From a bacterium (GTDB lineage Bacteria; Patescibacteriota; Patescibacteriia; Patescibacteriales; GWC2-42-12), in NCBI GenBank assembly GCA_030650415.1, contig JAUSEG010000025.1, forward strand, positions 11,916 to 75,915: 64,000 nucleotides of DNA, written 5' to 3'. This document shows positions 10,533 to 20,849 of this stretch, one piece after another. Below the pieces are notes generated by a model. That model was not told the DNA's origin. It worked only from the letters and a program-made list of their open reading frames with translations, and ran no database searches. The translations under genes were made by a program, and so were the position numbers. Within the stretch, counting starts at the first letter, position 1. Each line of letters begins with the position of its first letter.

Positions 10533-11537
10533 TTACCACTTTCCCGCCAACTGCCCGCAGGCCGCGTTAATATCCTGGCCAAACCGATAGCGCTCGGTCA
10601 CGTCGATTTTCTGGTCTCGCAAAGTTTTTTTAAAATCAAAAATTTTCTTGGTTGACGACGGCTGAAAATCGGCCGTTGGGTTATAGGCAATTAAATTCAC
10701 AAAAAATAACGGCGGATCAATTTTTCTTAATAAGGCGGCGAGCTCTAAAGCCTGCTCTTTATCATCGTTAAAACCGTCAATCATTAAATATTCTATCATC
10801 ACTCGCCGGCCGGTCTGTACTAAATAATTATTTAATTCTTCCATGACCGCGTCCAGCGGATATTTTTTATTGGCCGGTATAAGTTTAGCGCGCAAATCGT
10901 CGGAAGGAGCATGCAAAGATAGGGCCAGATTAATTTGCCTGGGTTCTTTAGCCAGTTTTATCAAGCCGCTGACTACGCCGATGGTGGAGATGGAAATATG
11001 GCGCGCGCCGATATTCAGGCCGTCTTTATCATTTAAAGCCTTAATCGCTCCTAAGACACTCTCATAATTCAAAAACGGCTCGCCCATGCCCATAAATACA
11101 ATATTGGTTACTCGGCCTTCTTGCTTTTTTAAGAGCCGAGCAAAATACAAAACCTGTTCAACAATTTCGTTAACAGTCAGATTTCTCTTAAAACCCATTT
11201 TTCCGGTCGCGCAAAATAAGCAGCCCAAAGGGCAGCCAACCTGCGAAGAAACGCAAATCGTATTTCGACCGTCGGCATGATTTAATAGAACGGTTTCTAT
11301 TTTTAAACCGTCGTCTAACCGAATTAAAGCTTTAACCGAATCGGCTCTCTGGCTTTTTAAAACTTCCGCTTCAATTTCCAGGGGGCAGTCATCGTTTAAT
11401 CTTTGGCGAATTTCTAAAGGAAAATTTGTGGCTTGCTCCCAATCGCTTATTAAATCAATAAAAACCGCCTGCTTGGCCTGTTTCAGCCTAAACTTCGGTT
11501 CATTATGCAAAACATTTTCCAATCTTTCTAAATTCAT
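10533..11537 (-). CDS. rlmN: Radical SAM rRNA/tRNA methyltransferase RlmN
   Basis: CVSSQVGCPLGCLFCATG, MGMGEP, AACGQL. Confidence 0.96.
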   Translation of the reverse strand: MNLERLENVLHNEPKFRLKQAKQAVFIDLISDWEQATNFPLEIRQRLNDDCPLEIEAEVLKSQRADSVKALIRLDDGLKIETVLLNHADGRNTICVSSQVGCPLGCLFCATGKMGFKRNLTVNEIVEQVLYFARLLKKQEGRVTNIVFMGMGEPFLNYESVLGAIKALNDKDGLNIGARHISISTIGVVSGLIKLAKEPRQINLALSLHAPSDDLRAKLIPANKKYPLDAVMEELNNYLVQTGRRVMIEYLMIDGFNDDKEQALELAALLRKIDPPLFFVNLIAYNPTADFQPSSTKKIFDFKKTLRDQKIDVTERYRFGQDINAACGQLAGKW

Positions 11538-11559
11538 AAATTTTTTAGAAATAAATTTT

Positions 11560-11730
11560 GTATTTTAATGTTTAATTGTAGCGCGAGCATAGAAAAATTT
11601 AGGATTTGCTGGAGCTTAAAATTTCTTTACAAACATTTCTTTCTCTTTTTACCATAGAAATTTTGTTGGAAATTTTAAGCTCCAGCCCTAAATTTTTCGT
11701 GGCGAGCGATATAATCAAACATTAAAATAC
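11560..11730. repeat. Long imperfect intergenic palindrome (~170 bp)
   Basis: Arm pairs gtattttaatgttt/aaacattaaaatac, gaaaaatttagg/cctaaatttttc, gctggagcttaaaatttc/gaaattttaagctccagc, with GA-rich internal loops. Confidence 0.85.
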
Positions 11731-11754
11731 TGGCCTTAAATTCAGCCCAGCTTT

Positions 11755-12660
11755 TTACGGCTGCAAAATATCTTCGGTTCGGCCATTTATAGATATAATA
11801 ACATTCTTAACCGTGGGAAATTGCTTTAAAGTTTCGGTTATTTGCGCGCGTATGGCTGAAACTCGGCATGAGCCTCCCATGTTTCTTTCTAAAGTTTCAT
11901 CAAAATCAACCTTAGCGGTTCCATCGGTAATAGTCAATTTTTGTATTTTCACGTTTGGATTGATACTGGTATAAAAACCTTGAGCCAAATCTGCCTGACT
12001 CGGGCCTTTTAATAATTCTTCGAGCGCGGCCCTGGCTATCGCCGCAGTTCTAACTACCTGCCGTTTAACCGGGAAGGCCTTTTCACAGGTTATGGCTTTA
12101 TCTAAATTATTGTTGCTGAAAAAGGCTTTAACCAACAGCGTCTGATTGGGGCTGATTAAAACCGAAATCTCTCTTTTTTTGTCATATTGGGGCAAGCCTG
12201 AAGGGTTATCATTTTTTAAAATTAGCTTGCCGGTAGTAGTCGCTTCAATCTGATAACTTATTTCTCCGATAAACGGCACAAAATTTTCAGTCATCCAATC
12301 GCTTTGCGCCTGCGCATAGCTCTGACCTAAGACCCTTCCCTGATCATCAACTAATTCAATCGGAAAACTTGCCTCAAAAAACCAACTGCCCCTGGCTTGA
12401 CCGATTACGGTTAAAGGGCTTTTAACCGTCTGGTTAGGTTGCGGCATTATTACCATCACTTCGTCCGGCTTCCGCTCGCCGCCTGCCTGTCCGGTAGGCA
12501 GGCAAACCGTCGTCGGCTTAGCCGCGCTCGGATTACCATGCTTAACCCATTGGCCATTTTGGCAAAGCCAAGCATCTTCATCGCTGCTAAAGAATCTAAT
12601 GCCAAGCGCTATAACCATTAAAACCAAAGCGACTGAACCAGCAATTTTTAATGTTTTCAT
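11755..12660 (-). CDS. Gmad2 Ig-like plus GerMN domain membrane-anchored protein
   Basis: SPLTVIGQARGSWFFEASFP; GGSCRVSAIRAQITETLKQFPTVKNVIISING. Confidence 0.88.
   Translation of the reverse strand: MKTLKIAGSVALVLMVIALGIRFFSSDEDAWLCQNGQWVKHGNPSAAKPTTVCLPTGQAGGERKPDEVMVIMPQPNQTVKSPLTVIGQARGSWFFEASFPIELVDDQGRVLGQSYAQAQSDWMTENFVPFIGEISYQIEATTTGKLILKNDNPSGLPQYDKKREISVLISPNQTLLVKAFFSNNNLDKAITCEKAFPVKRQVVRTAAIARAALEELLKGPSQADLAQGFYTSINPNVKIQKLTITDGTAKVDFDETLERNMGGSCRVSAIRAQITETLKQFPTVKNVIISINGRTEDILQP
12482..12502 (-). repeat. 21-bp CCTG-ended palindrome in frame in the GerMN gene (CLPTGQAG)
   Basis: cctgcctaccggacaggcagg. Confidence 0.6.
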
Positions 12661-12677
12661 ATTTTTAAAATTATTAA

Positions 12678-13964
12678 TTAATTTGACTTATCAGGCTGAT
12701 TAGGGACTGGCTGATCCTTCTTAAACATCTGCGTTATAATTCTAAAAATCAAAATCGAAAAAGTCAGCCAGAATAAGCCCAGAGCGAACCCTGCCATGAC
12801 ATCGCTAAACCAGTGAACTTTTAAATAAATTCTGGAAAAACCAACCAACAAAATTAAAAATATATTGCCGGCGATAAATAAATATTTCAACCATCTATTA
12901 TAAATTTTTTCAGTAAAAATAAATAAAACTAAAGAAAAAAAGATTAAGGCCATTAAAGAGTGCTGGCTGGGAAAGCTTAAGCCTGTTTCCATAACTAGGC
13001 CGGCTTCAGGCCGTGGCCGATTAATCAGCCACTTGGCTATAGTCCCAAGAACTAAGCCGCCGGCGCCGCTCATAAATATCAACCCGGCCTGATATTTCTG
13101 CCGCTTGATAAAAAAATAGACGGCAATAACCATTACGGCCGCCAACAAAATTTCCGGGCTGAAGACGGTTGAAATAAGAATCATTGTTTTATCCAACCAG
13201 GGCTGATAAAGCGAGTGGATGTTCTGGCTAAGCCAAAGGTCAAATCTATAGGTTGACTCCTTGTCAAAATAATCCTCAACCATTTTAGAAAAAATATAGA
13301 TTGAAAAAACGTTTAAGGTCAAATAATAAACATGATATTTGGCAAAAATCTGCCGGCGCTTATTAAGCAGGCGGTAGCCCAGCAGCGCCAAAATAATGGC
13401 GATTAGGGCCGCGATGATAAACCGGCCAAAATATTTTGAGGCAGTTTCAAATCCTTGGCCGAAAATATAACCGACTAAGACCGCCGAGACTGCCCAGACT
13501 ATGCCGCCACTCACGGCAAAAAAAATAAACCGGGGAAATTTAACTTTGGAAATACCGGCGATAAAAGCGGCCACCGCCCTGGTAAACGGACTGAAGCGTC
13601 CGATAACCAAAGTTTTGCCCGCGTTCTCCTCTACCAATTTCTTGGTTTTCTCAAACCTTTCATGATTAAGAAAAAAATGCTTTCCGTAATGAGCGATAAA
13701 ATCATGGCCATATTTTCGGCCGATAACATAAGCCAATAAATCGCCGACAATGGCGCCTGAAGCCGCCACGATAATTACCGCGTCCAGCCGCAACACGCCA
13801 AGCCAGGCTAAGAATCCGCCAAAAATAACTATCGTCTGACCGGGTATAAATGTCCCCAGCACCGGCAAGGTCTCAACTACAGCCGAAAGAAACAAAATCA
13901 AATACCCCCAATGATCAATCAGGGGCAAGGGTAAATTTAATAAAAAATCATTTAATGTCGACAT
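12678..13964 (-). CDS. Bifunctional DedA / PAP2 phosphatase membrane protein
   Basis: DedA motifs (PGQT, GDLLAY, GRFSPFTR) plus PAP2 motifs (K...RPRP, SFPSQH, SRIYLKVHWFSDV). Confidence 0.9.
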   Translation of the reverse strand: MSTLNDFLLNLPLPLIDHWGYLILFLSAVVETLPVLGTFIPGQTIVIFGGFLAWLGVLRLDAVIIVAASGAIVGDLLAYVIGRKYGHDFIAHYGKHFFLNHERFEKTKKLVEENAGKTLVIGRFSPFTRAVAAFIAGISKVKFPRFIFFAVSGGIVWAVSAVLVGYIFGQGFETASKYFGRFIIAALIAIILALLGYRLLNKRRQIFAKYHVYYLTLNVFSIYIFSKMVEDYFDKESTYRFDLWLSQNIHSLYQPWLDKTMILISTVFSPEILLAAVMVIAVYFFIKRQKYQAGLIFMSGAGGLVLGTIAKWLINRPRPEAGLVMETGLSFPSQHSLMALIFFSLVLFIFTEKIYNRWLKYLFIAGNIFLILLVGFSRIYLKVHWFSDVMAGFALGLFWLTFSILIFRIITQMFKKDQPVPNQPDKSN

Positions 13965-14029
13965 GAAAAATTAAATTATCGTGACTTAATTATAACATTA
14001 TTAGCTCAAATTTTACAATTACTAAAATA

Positions 14030-14059
14030 TTGACAAAAAACAACAAATCGGACTAATAT
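14030..14059 (+). promoter_or_regulatory. Sigma70-type promoter TTGACA-18-TAATAT
   Basis: Consensus hexamers upstream of the orphan at 14137. Confidence 0.6.
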
Positions 14060-14136
14060 TTAATATTGCGGTGAATGCCGCAATGAAAAACAAATCTACC
14101 TCCGCTGAACAAAGGGGGCGAAACAAAACAAAAAGA

Positions 14137-14499
14137 ATGAAAACGAAAACACAACGGATGCACCAAAATTCGATTGAGCAATTTGCCCAAAGAAGGCAGA
14201 AAACTGAGGATTATGATCGAGAATCAATGCTAGCCGCTCTCAACCACTCATGTTGCCGCAAACTCAATGCTTTGAGCATCGGCTGTTCACCCGATTACAG
14301 CAAGTTTGTTGCCACTCGCAAGGCGCGCAAAAAGGCGACATTTCAAGCCAAACTGGCATCAATGACCGAGTTTGATCCGACAATCGCCTCGGGCACACCG
14401 CAGCGAACCAACCGGTTAAAGCCGAAAAGCAAAACAGCGGCCAAAACCAAACCGGCTTCTCGGCGCAAAACCAGTGTCCGTCTGGGCAGTCTGGACTAG
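14137..14499 (+). CDS. Basic hypothetical protein (stand-alone cassette)
   Basis: ORF after an A/C-rich leader, between a promoter and a terminator; K/R/A-rich tail. Confidence 0.55.
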   Translation: MKTKTQRMHQNSIEQFAQRRQKTEDYDRESMLAALNHSCCRKLNALSIGCSPDYSKFVATRKARKKATFQAKLASMTEFDPTIASGTPQRTNRLKPKSKTAAKTKPASRRKTSVRLGSLD

Positions 14500-14537
14500 G
14501 TCTCTCGACCGCCGGCCTCGCTCTTTTTTAAACAACC

Positions 14538-14571
14538 AACCCGCTTCTCGCAAAGAGGCGGGTCTTTTTTT
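14538..14571 (+). terminator. Intrinsic terminator
   Basis: acccgcttct-cgcaa-agaggcgggt followed by a T run. Confidence 0.8.
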
Positions 14572-14610
14572 ATTTATATTATAGACAGTCGGCTAAAATT
14601 ATTAAACCAA

Positions 14611-15297
14611 CTAATCAACCTGGATAAGCTTCACCTCATCGCCAGTAATAGTGATAAAAGCCGACGGTCTTTCCACCCAGGAACCGGTATTAAAATATTT
14701 AATGCCGCCATTTTCCGCCGTGTTGATGATATGAGTATGCCCGCAAAAAACATAATCGGCCTTCATGAACCGGCCTAACCGCAAGGCGCCCCTGGCTACT
14801 TCGAAAGAGTTTCTTTTCCAAATCTGGCTGCGTTTTTTTATTTGTCTAACAATAAAATTTTCCGGATTAAAACGTTTTAACCAATCGTAAAAGAAAAACG
14901 CCAAACGGCTAATAATTATATTGTCATGCAAAAATCGATCAAACTGATGCCCATGAATAGCCAAAAACTTTTTATCGGCCGATGGCCAAACATATCTATT
15001 ACGCACTTTTATGCCAAGTAAGCGCGAGAGAATATTGGGGGTCGCGTCATGGTTGCCATGAATCCAAACCACTTCACAATGTTTTGACAATCTTCTTAAT
15101 CTGGAGAGAATCTCCCAGTGCTCGGCATGCAGACGATTAAAAGGCAAACCGTTTAAAATATCGCCGTTCAAAATTAATCTTTTATAACTGTAATCATTCA
15201 AAACTTTAAGAACTTCATGGCAACGAGTTGTTCTGTCGCCTAAATGAATATCGGAAATAACCAAAGTATCAATGTTTATTTTTTGCGGTTGAATCAT
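14611..15297 (-). CDS. Metallophosphoesterase (LpxH/UDP-2,3-diacylglucosamine diphosphatase-like)
   Basis: SDIHLG, GDI, GNHD, HGH, GHTH, NTGSW. Confidence 0.85.
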   Translation of the reverse strand: MIQPQKINIDTLVISDIHLGDRTTRCHEVLKVLNDYSYKRLILNGDILNGLPFNRLHAEHWEILSRLRRLSKHCEVVWIHGNHDATPNILSRLLGIKVRNRYVWPSADKKFLAIHGHQFDRFLHDNIIISRLAFFFYDWLKRFNPENFIVRQIKKRSQIWKRNSFEVARGALRLGRFMKADYVFCGHTHIINTAENGGIKYFNTGSWVERPSAFITITGDEVKLIQVD

Positions 15298-15372
15298 ACA
15301 TAAAGATTATAACAAAGGATTAAATTTTACAACAGAACCTACACCATCAAAAGGTGCTATAATTATATATAT

Positions 15373-16053
15373 ATGAATAGTTTCTTCTCAAAAAAGAATT
15401 TGTTAATTGCGATTTTTTCCGTTTTAATAATCGGCTTATTCTTATTCGTCTCAATATATTTTCAGCCCAAACGGGATATAATAATTCAGCCGCCAACTGC
15501 GGACAAAACTATTAATGCCGGTTCATCATCGCCCGATATCGCCACCAACTCGCCAAGACTGACCGAGCCATTAATTTCCGCCCCTAACCGAGTTACCAAA
15601 AAACCCTTTGGCATTTATATCACGCCACAGACTTCTCCGGTTAGTCCGGAAAAATTCACCGGCTATCATACGGGCGTGGATTTTGAAATCTTGCCGGGCG
15701 AAGAGAATAAAGAGGTAACCGTCTCGGCCATTTGCGCGGGCAGACTGCTCTTAAAAAAATCCGCCTCCGGCTACGGCGGCGTAATAATCGAGTCCTGCGA
15801 ATTAGACGGCCAAGAGGTTACAATCATCTATGGCCACCTTAAACTTTCCAGCATCGCTCTTAAAGTCGGGCAGACTGTAGCGGCTGGAGAAACCATCGGT
15901 ATTTTAGGCCGGGGCTATTCCAGCGAAACCGGCGGCGAAAGAAAGCATCTGCACCTAGGAATTCATCGGGGCGCGTCTACAAACCTTTTAGGATATGCGC
16001 AAGACAAAAACCTTCTAGGCAACTGGTTTAATATCTTGGATTATTTAAGATAA
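15373..16053 (+). CDS. M23 family metallopeptidase
   Basis: HTGVD, YGHL, HLHLG; N-terminal TM helix. Confidence 0.9.
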   Translation: MNSFFSKKNLLIAIFSVLIIGLFLFVSIYFQPKRDIIIQPPTADKTINAGSSSPDIATNSPRLTEPLISAPNRVTKKPFGIYITPQTSPVSPEKFTGYHTGVDFEILPGEENKEVTVSAICAGRLLLKKSASGYGGVIIESCELDGQEVTIIYGHLKLSSIALKVGQTVAAGETIGILGRGYSSETGGERKHLHLGIHRGASTNLLGYAQDKNLLGNWFNILDYLR

Positions 16054-16093
16054 AGTGAAAAACCAAAATCTTTGACCGGCGTCAATCTTCGGT

Positions 16094-17035
16094 TTACTTA
16101 ATTTTACAAATCTTTTTAAGCGCCGCTAGATCATCGGCCGTTATTTTTTCATTCCCGCTCTCATTAAGGCGATACATAATCGCTTGGGGATTATCTAAAT
16201 GATCAATCCCTAAAGCATGCCCTAACTCGTGAGCCAAAACTCTGATTAAAGCCTCGCGATCGTCGAATTGATAGATATCTATTCTCTCGCCGGCTGCGTC
16301 TCGGACATATTGACCCTCCTGAAATTCGCCCGAACTTTTTTCCCCGACGGTATTGTAATTGCCAACATTTAAATTTAAATCGCGAATTAATCTATTTATA
16401 ACGCTGGCCACGGCGTTAACATCTTCAACCGTCTGATTAAGCGCCGCTTGTTTTACTTTAATCGATTCCACTAAACTATTTAAAGCTTTTCTTTCCTGCT
16501 CTAAAATGGCGTACTCTTCCTGATTTACTCCGCCTCGGTTGTTGGCCGCCTTAACTTCCGCTTCGTAGTTGGCTTTTTGCTCTTCGTAATATTCAACCGT
16601 ATCATCAAACTCCTTTTTCTGCGTGTTATAAATTTTTTCAAATCCATCATATTTAATTTTTAAACTTTCATAGCCGGCTTTATCATTATGAATGCTAATG
16701 CCCAGCGATTTTAGTTTATCCGTGGCTTCTTGGCGCGAATCATAAATTAAATTAATTTTTAAAGCTCCGCCGGCCGAATAATTAAATAATTTTTTATCTG
16801 CCGGCTCTTGCCAGATTTGCGCCGCCTGGTCTACCGCCTTTAAAAAATCTTCGCGGCTTAAGCCGAATTTAGGATTAAACTCTCCCAAAGAATATTCAAT
16901 CGGCTTGGCGCAGGGGTTAATTATTTCAATTAAATTATTTTCGGCCAGTTTTATATCATCTTCAAAATAAAAAACCAAGCCGCTAATTAGCGCCAAGGCA
17001 ATTACAATCTGAATAACTTTATAAAACTTTTTCAT
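16094..17035 (-). CDS. Matrixin (M10) family metalloprotease with coiled-coil insert
   Basis: HELGHALGIDH...AIMY. Confidence 0.88.
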   Translation of the reverse strand: MKKFYKVIQIVIALALISGLVFYFEDDIKLAENNLIEIINPCAKPIEYSLGEFNPKFGLSREDFLKAVDQAAQIWQEPADKKLFNYSAGGALKINLIYDSRQEATDKLKSLGISIHNDKAGYESLKIKYDGFEKIYNTQKKEFDDTVEYYEEQKANYEAEVKAANNRGGVNQEEYAILEQERKALNSLVESIKVKQAALNQTVEDVNAVASVINRLIRDLNLNVGNYNTVGEKSSGEFQEGQYVRDAAGERIDIYQFDDREALIRVLAHELGHALGIDHLDNPQAIMYRLNESGNEKITADDLAALKKICKIK

Positions 17036-17086
17036 AACCTGCCTCCTCTTTAGCTTAAGTATAATCCACGGGTATAAATATGAGCC

Positions 17087-18538
17087 CTAAACTTTACCTA
17101 AGTCCAAATTATCATCAAACTTTATTTGTTTAACGAAGTCCGGCATATGGCTAACCATAATCATGGCGCCCGCGTATTCATTAATCGCTTTGGCGATTAC
17201 CGGCAAATGGCGAAAATTAATATGATTAGTCGGTTCGTCTAAAATTAAAAGTCCCGGCTGCATAAGCGCGAGCCGAGCAAAAGACAATAAACCTTTTTGT
17301 CCTTCGGAAAGTTCGCTGACTTTTCTGCCCATCAATTCTCCGCTGATTAGAAAACCGGCCGCCACCGAACGCATGGCCTGCGTATTCGTGCCTTCGAGCA
17401 ACACCGAAGCCAGCGAATCAAAAACCGTTTGGCTAAAATCCAAATTGGAAAAATCTTGGCTATAATAACCGACTCGCGTTCCTTCTAAAATTTCCGCGTG
17501 TTCATTCTTACCGGAAACCAGCGACCTTAAAAAGGTGCTCTTGCCCACGCCGTTAGGCCCGGTAACCAAGAGATGCGTTCGCTGGCGAACAATTTTATTT
17601 ACTTCTTTAAGGTTAGGCTCGTGGTTATGAATAACTTTTACGGCCTTAATCTTAACGATGTCACCGACAATCTCCTGCGCCGGCATGCTAAATTCTCTGA
17701 TGGTTCTATCTTCCTGCCTAACGTCAACCATATCTTCTTCCAGCTCGGCCGTTTCATCCTTTAGTTTTTTTGCCAGCTTGCGCATCTTACCGCCTTTATG
17801 AGCAAAAAAATTCACTTTTTCCTTGCGATCGATAATCTGCTTTTTAAGCTGGGCGTTCTTTCTCTGCTCGCGTTCCACTCGCTGAGCGATTTCTAGAACC
17901 ACCGAGTAATAGTCGCCGACATAAGTTTCAATTTTATGGGTAAAAACATCTAAATAAATAACGCCCTCGGTAAAACAATTTAAAAAATCCGCGTCATGGG
18001 AAATGACAATTACAGTCTTATCATACATGACTAAAAATTCAATTAAATGATCAATCCCCGCCTGATCAAGATTGTTGGTCGGTTCGTCCAGTAAGAGTAT
18101 ATCCGGATTTTGAATTAAAGCGAAAGCTAAGAGTAATCTGGCCTGCTGTCCGCCGGAAAGATCGCCGACGCGGCGGTCGGTCGGCACATTTAAATTAACC
18201 GCGATCATCACTTTAGAAATTTTGCTGGCTAAATTAGCCGGTACCATTTCAAAAGCTTTGGCAAAATATTCCGTAACCGATAGAGTAAAATCTTCGCGCG
18301 CCATAACCTGCCTGGCGGTAGCGATGGTGGCGCCGTTAGTCACGCTAACCCGGCCGGATTGGGATTTTAGTTCGCCCATAATCAAAGCGAACATCGAGCT
18401 CTTGCCCGCGCCGTTTTGACCCATTAAAGTAACCTTGGCGCTCTTGCGCACGCTAAAACTGGCGCCATCTAAAATGGGCTTATTATGCTCATACTCAAAA
18501 TTTACTTCGTCAAATCGTAAAATTACTTCTTCGGCCAT
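17087..18538 (-). CDS. ABC-F family ATPase
   Basis: Two ABC cassettes (GQNGAGKS/LSGGQ/LDEPTN and GPNGVGKS/LSEGQ/LDEPTNH), no TM segments. Confidence 0.92.
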   Translation of the reverse strand: MAEEVILRFDEVNFEYEHNKPILDGASFSVRKSAKVTLMGQNGAGKSSMFALIMGELKSQSGRVSVTNGATIATARQVMAREDFTLSVTEYFAKAFEMVPANLASKISKVMIAVNLNVPTDRRVGDLSGGQQARLLLAFALIQNPDILLLDEPTNNLDQAGIDHLIEFLVMYDKTVIVISHDADFLNCFTEGVIYLDVFTHKIETYVGDYYSVVLEIAQRVEREQRKNAQLKKQIIDRKEKVNFFAHKGGKMRKLAKKLKDETAELEEDMVDVRQEDRTIREFSMPAQEIVGDIVKIKAVKVIHNHEPNLKEVNKIVRQRTHLLVTGPNGVGKSTFLRSLVSGKNEHAEILEGTRVGYYSQDFSNLDFSQTVFDSLASVLLEGTNTQAMRSVAAGFLISGELMGRKVSELSEGQKGLLSFARLALMQPGLLILDEPTNHINFRHLPVIAKAINEYAGAMIMVSHMPDFVKQIKFDDNLDLGKV

Positions 18539-18635
18539 AAAAAAATAAAAAAAGCGCTTGTCCCTTAAGGAGTTAATCGCGCCAACTTGGTTCAGTATAA
18601 CAGATTTTTAAAATTTTACAATAACAGGATTATAT

Positions 18636-19253
18636 TTACTTGACTCTCTGCTTTCCCTCGATAATTCTCAAAAAATCATTGAAATTATTAACGATCACGT
18701 CTGGCGCCGCTTTTTCCAGACTGACCCGGCTTTGATAGCCCCCTAAAATGCCGATGATAAAATTAACTTTTGCTTCTTTGGCTTCCTTAATGTCACCCAC
18801 GGTATCGGTGATAAAAATCGCCTCGGCCGGTAAAATTTTATACTCTTTGAATAGCGTTTTAAATTTTTTAACCTTGCTGGTTTCCGCGTCGCAGCCAAAA
18901 ACCTCGGTAAAATAATTCAAAATTTCATGCCTCCTAAGGTATTCATTAATAATCGAGTTCGTGGTGCTGGAAATAATAAACAAACGAAAATTTTCGCTTA
19001 TTTTTTTTAAAACCGGCTTAATTTTATTATCAATCCCTAAAGTCTTAAACCGCTCGCCGTATTCGGCAAAAAAATCAACTTCGCTTACTGCCGTATCTTC
19101 GAGAACGGCGTCATAGATATTGCCGTTAAACAACTTCCGATAACCTTCCCGGGTTATGGCAGGCCTGGAAATTTGGTTAATCGCAAAAGCAATTTCAAAC
19201 GAATCGGCGATCACGCCGTCAAAATCAAAAATGATTATTTTTTCTTTTCTCAT
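18636..19253 (-). CDS. HAD-family hydrolase
   Basis: FDFDGVIADS motif I; ITDTVGDI. Confidence 0.88.
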   Translation of the reverse strand: MRKEKIIIFDFDGVIADSFEIAFAINQISRPAITREGYRKLFNGNIYDAVLEDTAVSEVDFFAEYGERFKTLGIDNKIKPVLKKISENFRLFIISSTTNSIINEYLRRHEILNYFTEVFGCDAETSKVKKFKTLFKEYKILPAEAIFITDTVGDIKEAKEAKVNFIIGILGGYQSRVSLEKAAPDVIVNNFNDFLRIIEGKQRVK

Positions 19254-19265
19254 TTTATTTGATAA

Positions 19266-20531
19266 TTAAAAAGTTACGCTCTCCCCGGCCACAAAACCGG
19301 TGCTCCAACAGATCTGCAAATTATAGCCGCCGGTCGGCCCGTCCAAATCCAAAATTTCCCCGGCTAAAAATAAATTTTCATAAATTTTCGAACGCATGGT
19401 CCGCGAATCAACTTCCTTAATATCGACTCCGCCGGCCGTAACCATGGCCTTATTAAAACCTTTTAATTCTTTCGCTTCCAAAGTGAACTCTTTGAGGGCG
19501 CGAGCCAGCGCCTGGCGCTCGACTTTAGTAATATCGCTAACCTGCTTTTGCTCATTAACTCCTGATAATTCAATAATTGCTGGTAATAATTTCGGCTGCA
19601 CCAGGCCGGCTAAATAATTTTTTAACATTTTATTATGAGATTGATGAAAATCTTTTTGTAATTTTTCTTCAAACTTAGAGATCTCAATCTCCGGCTTAAA
19701 ATCAATCTTTAGAAATGTCGGTTCAAGCAAAAATTCGCCAACGTGTCCGCTTAAATCAATTATGGCCGGACCGCTTAAACCGTCGGCGGTAAAAATAATT
19801 TCTCCCGTTCGGCTCATAATTTTTTTATCATTCTGATAAACGCTTATGCCAATATTTTCTAAACTCAAACCTTCTAACTTTTTAACAATTTTTTCTTTAC
19901 CCCCACACCAAACTTGGTGTGGGGGTTTAACGACTATCGGCGTTAGGGCCGGCCGGGGCGCAATAATTTTGTGGCCTAAACTTTCCAGCCAACCGTAGGC
20001 CGAACCGGTTGAACCGGTCTCCGGATATGATTTTCCGCCGGTGGAAATTATAAAATTCCTGCCGAGAATTTCCTCGCCATTCGTCAAAATTATTTTTTCA
20101 ATTTTTTTGTCTTTAGCAACGATTTCTTTAACTTCCGCGCCAAGCCTGACTTCAACGCTATTTTTCTTTAAATACTTAACTAAGGCCTCTCTTATATCGC
20201 CGGCCTTATCGCTTAGAGGGAAAACTCGGCCGCGGTCTTCTTCTTTAGACTCTACTCCAAATTTACTGAAAAAATTTATAGAGCTCGCGACGCCGAATTT
20301 ACTGAAAGCGGAAAACAAAAATTTAAAATTCTTGCCATAAACGCCAATCGTCTCTTTTTTATCGGCTTGCAAATTGGTAAAATTGCAACGGCCATGACCG
20401 GTCGCAAGCAGTTTAGCTCCGAGCTGCTGATTTTTTTCGACTAAGAGCACGCGCGCACCCAGTTCGCCCGCTCGCCCAGCCGCCATCATACCGGCCGGCC
20501 CGCCACCAACTACTACTATGTCATAGATCAT
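19266..20531 (-). CDS. HI0933/BaiN (YhiN) family flavoprotein with a 10-aa palindrome-derived insertion
   Basis: GGGPAGMMAA, GHGRCNFTN, GGKSYPETGSTG, GPTGGYNLQ; insertion KPPHQVWCGG. Confidence 0.92.
   Translation of the reverse strand: MIYDIVVVGGGPAGMMAAGRAGELGARVLLVEKNQQLGAKLLATGHGRCNFTNLQADKKETIGVYGKNFKFLFSAFSKFGVASSINFFSKFGVESKEEDRGRVFPLSDKAGDIREALVKYLKKNSVEVRLGAEVKEIVAKDKKIEKIILTNGEEILGRNFIISTGGKSYPETGSTGSAYGWLESLGHKIIAPRPALTPIVVKPPHQVWCGGKEKIVKKLEGLSLENIGISVYQNDKKIMSRTGEIIFTADGLSGPAIIDLSGHVGEFLLEPTFLKIDFKPEIEISKFEEKLQKDFHQSHNKMLKNYLAGLVQPKLLPAIIELSGVNEQKQVSDITKVERQALARALKEFTLEAKELKGFNKAMVTAGGVDIKEVDSRTMRSKIYENLFLAGEILDLDGPTGGYNLQICWSTGFVAGESVTF
19900..19925 (-). repeat. TAAA-flanked palindrome inserted in frame
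   Basis: Coding strand taaa-cccccacaccaa-gt-ttggtgtggggg-taaa; 26+4=30 bp. Confidence 0.85.
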
Positions 20532-20561
20532 ATAAAGACGCCAAATAAAAAATTATAGTAT

Positions 20562-20712
20562 TTGCCAGCCAAAGATATTTATTTTGAGCGCATACAAAAT
20601 CGTCGCATTTTTTATTAAAATTACTCAGCTACCTAAGTCAATTATAATACAATTTTATTAAAAAATGCCCAGATTTTGTCTTAAGTGAAAAATAAATATC
20701 TTTGGCTGGCAA
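20562..20712. repeat. Long hairpin element with GAGCGCATA/TCTTAAGYG internal loop (family E)
   Basis: 24-bp perfect outer arms ttgccagccaaagatatttatttt/aaaataaatatctttggctggcaa; core shared with 53052 and 55502. Confidence 0.85.
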
Positions 20713-20849
20713 GTTTCGCCTTGGGTAAAAAAACTAAAATCTTTGTTCGACAATACTAAACCATTATATTTGTCTAAACCTTACCACTTTTACGGCCAAA
20801 AAACAATTTTTAGCTTGCTTAAACGCCTAAAAATATTTATACTGACCTC